From: Eledone cirrhosa | Lineage: Eukaryota | Direction of reading: 5' to 3' | Length of the DNA: 64,000 nucleotides | Assembly: GCA_964016885.1 (NCBI GenBank) | Contig: OZ024743.1 | Span: 195,424,001 to 195,488,000, forward strand | Shown here: positions 57,024 to 64,000 of the stretch, piece after piece | How positions within the stretch are numbered: position 1 is the first letter of the stretch | Layout: the number at the start of each line of letters is the position of its first letter | Translations under genes and position numbers: made by a program | Notes under the pieces: model-generated | The model's input: only the letters and a program-made list of their open reading frames with translations | What the model was told of the DNA's origin: nothing | Database searches by the model: none

Positions 57024-57300
57024 TTCCTTTGCCAGTGTTGAACAAACGAGCAACGATGGTTGCTGGATACTACGGCTTAATACGGGATATTTGTTTACAA
57101 ACACACCGAGCATTATAATAAATGTTCGGTGAATCCATACGTACATATATATATATATGTGTGCATGTATGTATATACATACTACTGTCCGTCTGTATAT
57201 ATATATGTATGTACGTGTACATACTTATATTTAAGTAACAGCCGTACTAAGAGTGGGGAATGAAATTTCGTTTCATTTTTTCCGTTTATATATATATATA

Positions 57301-60300
57301 TTGATTAAAATAACAGATTAAAGTTTAAGCAAAGAATCGCTGCTTTCACTCTTAATGGGATCTTCTGGAACTAACAAAGTCAATCTCTAAACGCAGAAGT
57401 GGATATTTCAAAAAACGTTGCAACCGGAGGAAGACAGGAAGACTACACTTTGGTTTGTGGAAACGTTCCCTGGCAAAGAACGGGAAAAAACGAATATAAT
57501 ACCTCATTATAGGAGCGGTGAAAAACAATTTTGCGCATAGAAAGAACCACGGTTATGGTATAAAAGAAGTCGTAGACTAATGTTCTCTTAGGTGGTTCAT
57601 AAAGACGTTCTATGGCAATGAACGGATAATACATCATATGTGGAGCGTAGAGAACAATTGCACGCAAAGACAAAACCACGTAAATGGTAAAGCTGAAGTC
57701 GTAGACTAAAATTCTAATTAGGAAACCGGATGAATCTCCTCTTCAGAGTTATGAATAAAGTAAATAAAATACAATACAGAGGTAATAGATATTAAAATAT
57801 AAGACAGAGGTAATAGAAATTAAACTAAACACATATAAATGTGCGTGTGTGTGCGTGTATACAAATAAATAAATAATTAAATAAACGTATATAAATAAAC
57901 AAATACGTATATAACATGCGCACACACACACCTACATGTAAATACACGAATGTTCGGAGACCTAAGTCAACAAAAACATGAAGTACACATATACACACAC
58001 CCTACATACGTACGAACCAGCATACTCACACAGATGCAAAACTCCCGTATACACATAACCAAACCATATGTACCAGAATATAAAAAAAATTATACGCCAT
58101 AACATATACAATCAAATATACGTACGAGAAAGTATACGTACCTTCACCAAACATACAGGTAATATATACTTACCTATGAAAATAAGTAATGGTATAAACA
58201 AAACATATACTTAGCTACCACATCTAGACGTAAAATATCCACGTATAGATCGAAATTGCCTCAGATTTTTTGTTGAAGATGTGGTCTGTGGCGTAGAGTA
58301 TTTCCAGGGCCTCAGCGGCGCAGAGGTCACATGGTCTTTTATTTCCGTTATACGATCTAGCCCTAGCTAGGATCTCCCAGTGTAACTTATATTGGGTGTG
58401 GTTGACTTTTACGCTCCAGATATAAGCTGAAAGTTACGTCATATTCCTTCTTAGAGGGTAACGAAAAGAATGGGTATGTATGTAATGACGCTGCTTGAAT
58501 CTATTGGCGGTTAACCCTATGTAGGCCCTACGGGACACGGGTGTTTCAACCTTACATTTGTAGACAATGTTACTAGAGAGGCATTTCCCGGATAGGGGGC
58601 AATCAACCCGATTCCTACAATTACAGTTAGTACTAACTACAGGGTTGCACGTGTTCCTACGGCTAGGTAGTTTAGCTAAATTTGAAGCTGTGATGTTATA
58701 TGCAAGGTTAGGAGTCGTAGAGTAAGAAATTTTAATAGTATTTCTATTAAAAATGTTACTATATTTATGTGTCGAGGGAAAATTCTTCGTAATAAGGGAA
58801 AGAAAGATCTTAGCTAATGGTGTGGCGACCTCCATATTATATGGTGAGTTATACCAACAAATGCGACGGGATCTATCGACAAATCCACTCCGAGCAAGAG
58901 CTTCATTGTAATAAGTGGAATGGTCGTTGAAAATATGCTCGTTAGTAGATAGACGGGAAAGCCTCAACGAAACACGTTTCTTACCAGGTTCTTGGTTATG
59001 CTGGCAGGATGGTTGGAATGCTTACTTATGTAATTAAGCGTATCATTCGGCTTTCTATACGGGTAATACCACCCATTCGATAAATTGAGCGTAACCTCGA
59101 GGTAATTAACGACCGAGAGATTGGCCTCAACCTGTATAGAGAGGTTGAAGCCTTTAAAGAAGGCTGTGAGTTCTTTTCTGAACCTGTCGCAAGCACGAGG
59201 TCCACATTCCGTCATGGTCAAAAGACCATCATCACGGTACAAACCACCGCCCGCGTTGGGGAATTTGTCCTTGATAGAGAAAGGAAGGAAAAGGCCGATA
59301 AGATCAGTAACCTCCGCAGAATCTCTGGCGCCTATACTCACGGCGAATGGGGTACTATTGGATTTTTTTAATCCAAATAGAGTCGTCGAAATTAATCACC
59401 GACGTACGGGCATTGATGATGATATCAACTTCGAAATCCTAACCACTATGAGTGTTTTAGCGAAATTGATAGCTCTAAGGTGAAGTGGTAAAGTGATGGA
59501 GGAGTAGTAATTGTTGATGTTGAATTGGATAAAACGGCAATGTTCCTTGTTACATATGCCGTTGAACCAATCAATCACCGCTAAAGAATTGTTCCACAGT
59601 GCAAGAGGGGCCAAACTTCTAAGTTCTGATATAATTATATCAAGAATCCTTTTACTAAGTCTACCTAAATCGGACTTCGTAGGGTTAATAAGCCGAGTAG
59701 AGGGGTTGTTCCGAAAATTAGATTTCTAATCCTTCAGGGTAAAGTGGGGGAGAAATAGGGTCCAGAGGTTCGGTCCGGTCCAGGATGTTGAGATCAGAGA
59801 TGATTTTAAACCCAGCATCGTTGATTTCATTGATGACGCACCGATTAGTTTTACGGTAATCCTTAGTTACAACATTATGTAGTAGTTGATGGTAAGTACT
59901 GCGCTCCACTTGATATAGGTTGCCAGTTTTGTCGGAATGGACATGCACGGCATTAGAATCCTTAATAGAACGAATTCTATTCTTCAGGTCCTGCTGGAAG
60001 GAATTGCTCCTATTCCGAAATTTGATACTCCGTGTGAGTTCCAAGAGATCATTTTCGAAGGGTAGCAATGCTGGGTTACACGGGGGGTTATTATAGGTTT
60101 TAAACCCAAATTATTCCTGTTTGTTGTCTGCTTTTCGCAGATTATCGAAATAAAAGGCACGCCAACGCAAACTTTTAATGAACGCGTCTGTTTTCTGTAT
60201 CAGGAGTTTTAGGTATGTTTTCCTGGTTGGTACGGGTATGTTCTTTGTAGAAATATTCAGATTTTGTTTCTGCATGATGAATATAAGTCAATAGAGTGCT

Positions 60301-60600
60301 CAACCGAGGGAGCCAAATAGTAATAATAATAAATTTTAAGACTAAAATCCAAAGAGGGCTCGATAAGGATAAATATATATCAAATATATAAGAACCGTAG
60401 AGCAAATATTTATTAAAATAACAGATTAAAGTTTAAGCAAAGAATCGCTGCTTTCACCCTTAACGGGATCTTCTGAAACTAACAAAGTCAATCTGTAAAC
60501 GCAGAAGTGGATATTTCAAAAAACGTTACAACCGGAGGAAGACAGGAAGACGATACTTTGGTTCGTTAGATTTTAGTCTTCAAATTTATTATTATTACTA
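57301..60600 (-). mobile_element. Essentially full-length Naiad-type PLE: 3' pLTR 57301-57760, partial 5' direct pLTR 60322-60565, short inverted tail 60566-60600
   Basis: pLTR shared with the 16122 and 20902 copies; complete though disrupted ORF. Confidence 0.93.
58250..60275 (-). pseudogene. Naiad PLE ORF (N-terminus, RT, zinc finger, GIY-YIG) with stops, frameshifts and deletions
   Basis: ATG at 60275: MQKQNLNISTKNIPVPTRKTYLKLLIQKTDAFIKSLRWRAFYF..FGFK..PFENDL. Also SDKTGNLY, FIQFNINNYYSSI, IGARDSAEVTDLIGLFL, GLYRDDGL, CNCRNRVDCPLSGKC, YIGLT, PCDLC. Confidence 0.93.
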
Positions 60601-60616
60601 TTATTATTACTATATA

Positions 60617-60647
<31 letters not shown>

Positions 60648-60864
60648 ATATATATACATGCAAACATACATATATGCGTGCGTTTGTGCGTGTATATCTG
60701 TAATATACATACATATATCAATCACGAGGCATCAATCAAACGGAATTTATAATAGAAAACACTTCTCTAAGGTATCAGAGAGCGGGTTCGAACACGAAAT
60801 CACGTGTTTGTGTCCCAAAATATCACAATATTTAAATATGTAGATACGTCTACGTCTATAAATA

Positions 60865-61145
60865 CATAATTACACACATACAAACATGTATAGATGCATA
60901 CATGAATACACACATTCATACATACATGCATAGATACATACATATATAAACTAATATGCCTACAAACAAACGTACATAAATACACACATACAAACATTTA
61001 TAGATGTATACATGAATACATACATACATACATGCATAGATACATACATATATACATACAAATATACCTACATACAAACAAACGTACATAAATACATACA
61101 TACAAACATTTATAGATACATGCATGAATACATACATGTATACAA
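60865..61145. repeat. (TACA)-derived minisatellite, period roughly 110-120 bp
   Basis: aaacaaacgtacataaataca.acatacaaacatttatagat is repeated. Confidence 0.7.
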
Positions 61146-61587
61146 ACATAAAACATATATGCATGCATACATATACACATAGATAGATAGAAATTAGATA
61201 GATAGATCGATATATAGATAGATAGATACATACATGCATATATACATGCATACAATTGAATATAAACGCTATTTTGAATGGAAACATAAATGTACATAAA
61301 CCGATATGGAAACAAAATATATAATGTCAGATATGCTTATTGAATATAACAGGACTAAACATTCCCACACTTATGTAAATATAATCATATACATATTTAT
61401 AGTCATATAAATGCTTTCACAGACACACACACATACATATATATATGTGTGTGTGTGTGTGAGTGTGTGTGTATACATACATAGATACCTTCATACATCC
61501 ATACGTACATACAGAGGCACGGACAGACAAACCGATATACATAATGTACAGACCGACAAAGACAAATCTGCATATATATAGAGAGAG

Positions 61588-61676
<89 letters not shown>

Positions 61677-62420
61677 CAATTCATTTGTATATGACGTTTA
61701 TATGTTCACAGTTCATACAATTATATAAGTTGTCATTTTTGCAGTATGAAGTATTATTTTATCATTGGACGTTACATGTTCGTTGGCATTTACGAAACAA
61801 TTTCAGCTAAAACCTACACAAAAGCTGAGGTATTCATTAAAAATGTAATGGAAATATTTCGAATGTCAGTTTAAATTAGCCGTTCTGATGCTACAAAGAA
61901 TGTCATTGTTAGACAAAACTGAAGTCAGCAGCAGCGAATGAATAATCATTAAATCTTAATGCAATGAACGCTATAGACTTTTGCAGCATGCCGTAATTCA
62001 AACTGACAATTCCCCATAAGATTTGTCTCGCAAACAGGCCCAGTAACTGTATAGGCTCAGAACTTATTCCTTAGATAACTAAATTCTTAATATCATCAAG
62101 GGGCGGTACTAATAAAAATGAATGCTATAATATTTTCCGATTGAAGTTGCACGTCCTAGTGGGTATGGTGTTGGATTTACAATCTTGGGACTCGTGGGTT
62201 TTATTCCTGGACCGGCTGCCATGTTGTGTTCTGGAGTAAAAACTTTATTATAAAGATGAGTACAAAAAGTAACTGGGTGTTAACCCTATGATACACTGGA
62301 GCCCTGGCTAAAGAGAGTATTTTATTCTTAGTCGCTTAACGTTAAAGAAAAAGCCGAGATCTTCACCGACTTTATGACATTCCGTGTTTGGGAAAGGCTT
62401 TAACTAATATTTTCGATGCA

Positions 62421-62821
62421 TAGTGGATTGTAAAGACCGGTAGAGCGAGAGACATCATGCTGTGAAGCATAAACTTATGGCCCTTTACGTTCTGAGTTCA
62501 AATGCCACAGAGATTAGCATTGCCTTTCATCCTTATGGGCTCGATAAAATAAAGCCCCAATAATGCATTAGGATCGATTTAATCCACTTACCCCTCTCCC
62601 AAAATTGCTGGTATTGTGCCTAAAGAAGAAACAATTATTTTTACGATATCATATGTGAAATATATTCAGAATTTGTATTAAGAATATGTGTATTACGACC
62701 TCAAACTTAATGCTATTTTTGCTGCAATGCTTAGAATAATGGTTTCTGATTTAGGCACAAGACCAACAATGTTGGTGAAGCAGAAAGTCGATTAAATCGA
62801 CCCCAGTGCATTATTGGTGCT
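62421..62821. mobile_element. SINE family A copy (62421-62640, plus) and 3' fragment (62735-62821, minus)
   Basis: Family motifs. Confidence 0.8.
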
Positions 62822-63210
62822 TGGAGGCTCATGTGCATTACTACGTCTATGAGAGAAAGGATAAATATTTAAATTCAACGGGTCTTGTTTTTTCAACCTC
62901 CTTTAGGCCATGGTTGACCAGATTTATCATTAGAAATGTTTTAGGCATTACCTTTCCTTCCTTTGTACAGACATAGTATTACAAGAAAAAGTTTTCAAAA
63001 GGAGGCCCGTATCCATATTTATGGATTTTCTTTTTTTCCATTTTCAAGTGTACTTTGCCTGATTTTCTCAATTACTAACTGTCATTACCAGTAGTTGTTA
63101 TAATCATCTACATTAGAACCACTAGATTTCATGTGTGATTCTGGATTCAGTCTCGCAGTGTGGCATCTTGGGCAAGTGTCCTCTACCAATGATCAACGTG
63201 TCGTGAGGCC

Positions 63211-63288
<78 letters not shown>

Positions 63289-63292
63289 ATTG

Positions 63293-63374
63293 ACTTTCCT
63301 GATGACGGGATGTTTCTCTACACCTTCTTCGGAAGATGTATCTACTCCATTCCAGAAACTAATTAGTTGGAAGT
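63293..63374 (+). ncRNA. Type I hammerhead with extended helix II capped by cUUCGg
   Basis: actttc-CTGATGA-c-gggatg..tacaccttc TTCG gaagatgta..cattcc-a-GAAA-ctaattag-TT-ggaagt. Confidence 0.82.
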
Positions 63375-63812
63375 GATATTTTAGTAAGTAAGTTAATTTT
63401 ATAATTTTCTTATCTTACGCCTCTTATATTATTGTTCTGCAACCCCATGCATTGAACCACAATGTTATTAAGACAAAACCTATATATTTGCTAGCATCGA
63501 TATGCATTTGTATGTATATATATGTTACTAGATATGAATTATTTATTATTATCTCCAAATCTTTTGTCGAGCAATACTGGCCATGACTGCTGCTACAGTA
63601 GTAGGCTGGCCGCTGTCTTATTAACAACCCACTTTCCACCGATTGACCTCGATGTCACGTGTTCGATTCTTTTTGAATTTGCCACGGACACAGAGGCAGT
63701 GATTTTCTCAATGGCTAGGAATTAAGTCCACGCTTTGCTATTTCCTATTCACTGATTTATTTTTTAATAAGCTTCCAGTGTCCTCGCTTTGCCTGGAAAC
63801 TTATATGAGAAT

Positions 63813-63906
63813 TGACTTTCCTGATGACGGGATGTTTCTCTACACCTTCTTCGGAAGATGTATCTACTCCATTCCAGAAACGGCTTGAACTCTGCCGTCG
63901 GGGTCA
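63813..63906 (+). ncRNA. Second copy of the hammerhead, 522 bp downstream, with a different helix III
   Basis: Identical through GAAAC, then cggc ttgaactct gccg-TC-ggggtca. Confidence 0.65.
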
Positions 63907-64000
63907 TACTTTTTCCAATATGGCCTCAGCCGGATGGCTGAAACAGGTAAAAGAGTATATATATATATGTGTGTGTGTGTGTAAAAAGGTAAACAAAAAT

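Larger units (their letters stand above)
55766..57289. mobile_element. Retrozyme-like array of 420-bp HHR monomers: about 1.4 units minus (55766-56367) then about 2.2 units plus (56368-57289)
   Basis: gtaacagccgtactaagagtggg recurs at 56397, 56817 and about 57236. No credible ORF. One HHR per full unit. Confidence 0.88.

Noticed and set aside
55766-57289. CRISPR array or LTR retrotransposon
   Set aside because: No repeat-spacer structure, and no TG..CA ends, PBS or PPT; eukaryotic context
58250-60275. Selenoprotein-type Naiad
   Set aside because: The zinc-finger and endonuclease Cys positions I checked in the Naiad copies are ordinary Cys codons, and no SECIS was recognised
60175-60405. ORF-track 76-aa ORF as the element's N-terminus
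   Set aside because: Wrong frame; the conserved N-terminus starts at ATG 60275 in another frame
63907-63958. Third hammerhead (agcc ggat ggct-GAAA-cagg-TA)
   Set aside because: No CUGANGA core; resembles a common SINE 3' tail

Overview
AT-rich, microsatellite-dense eukaryotic DNA. The SINE and microsatellite make-up suggests an octopus or other coleoid cephalopod (inference). I can support no intact host gene. The window is dominated by Penelope-like retroelements (PLEs): four Naiad-type copies, one essentially full length at 57.3-60.6 kb, and one GC-rich Nematis-like copy at 52.6-55.7 kb. It also holds two SINE families, simple repeats and about a dozen type I hammerhead ribozyme (HHR) motifs. 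These include a non-coding 420-bp HHR-bearing tandem-repeat family that looks like a retrozyme. Several unrelated elements recur as inverted pairs with both 3' ends facing outward into (TA)n. Decayed coding relics include a probable SATB/Compass(dve)-like homeobox pseudogene at about 10-11.5 kb, plus weaker GPCR-like and SEA-like remnants. All alignments and folds were done by eye, so boundaries are approximate.
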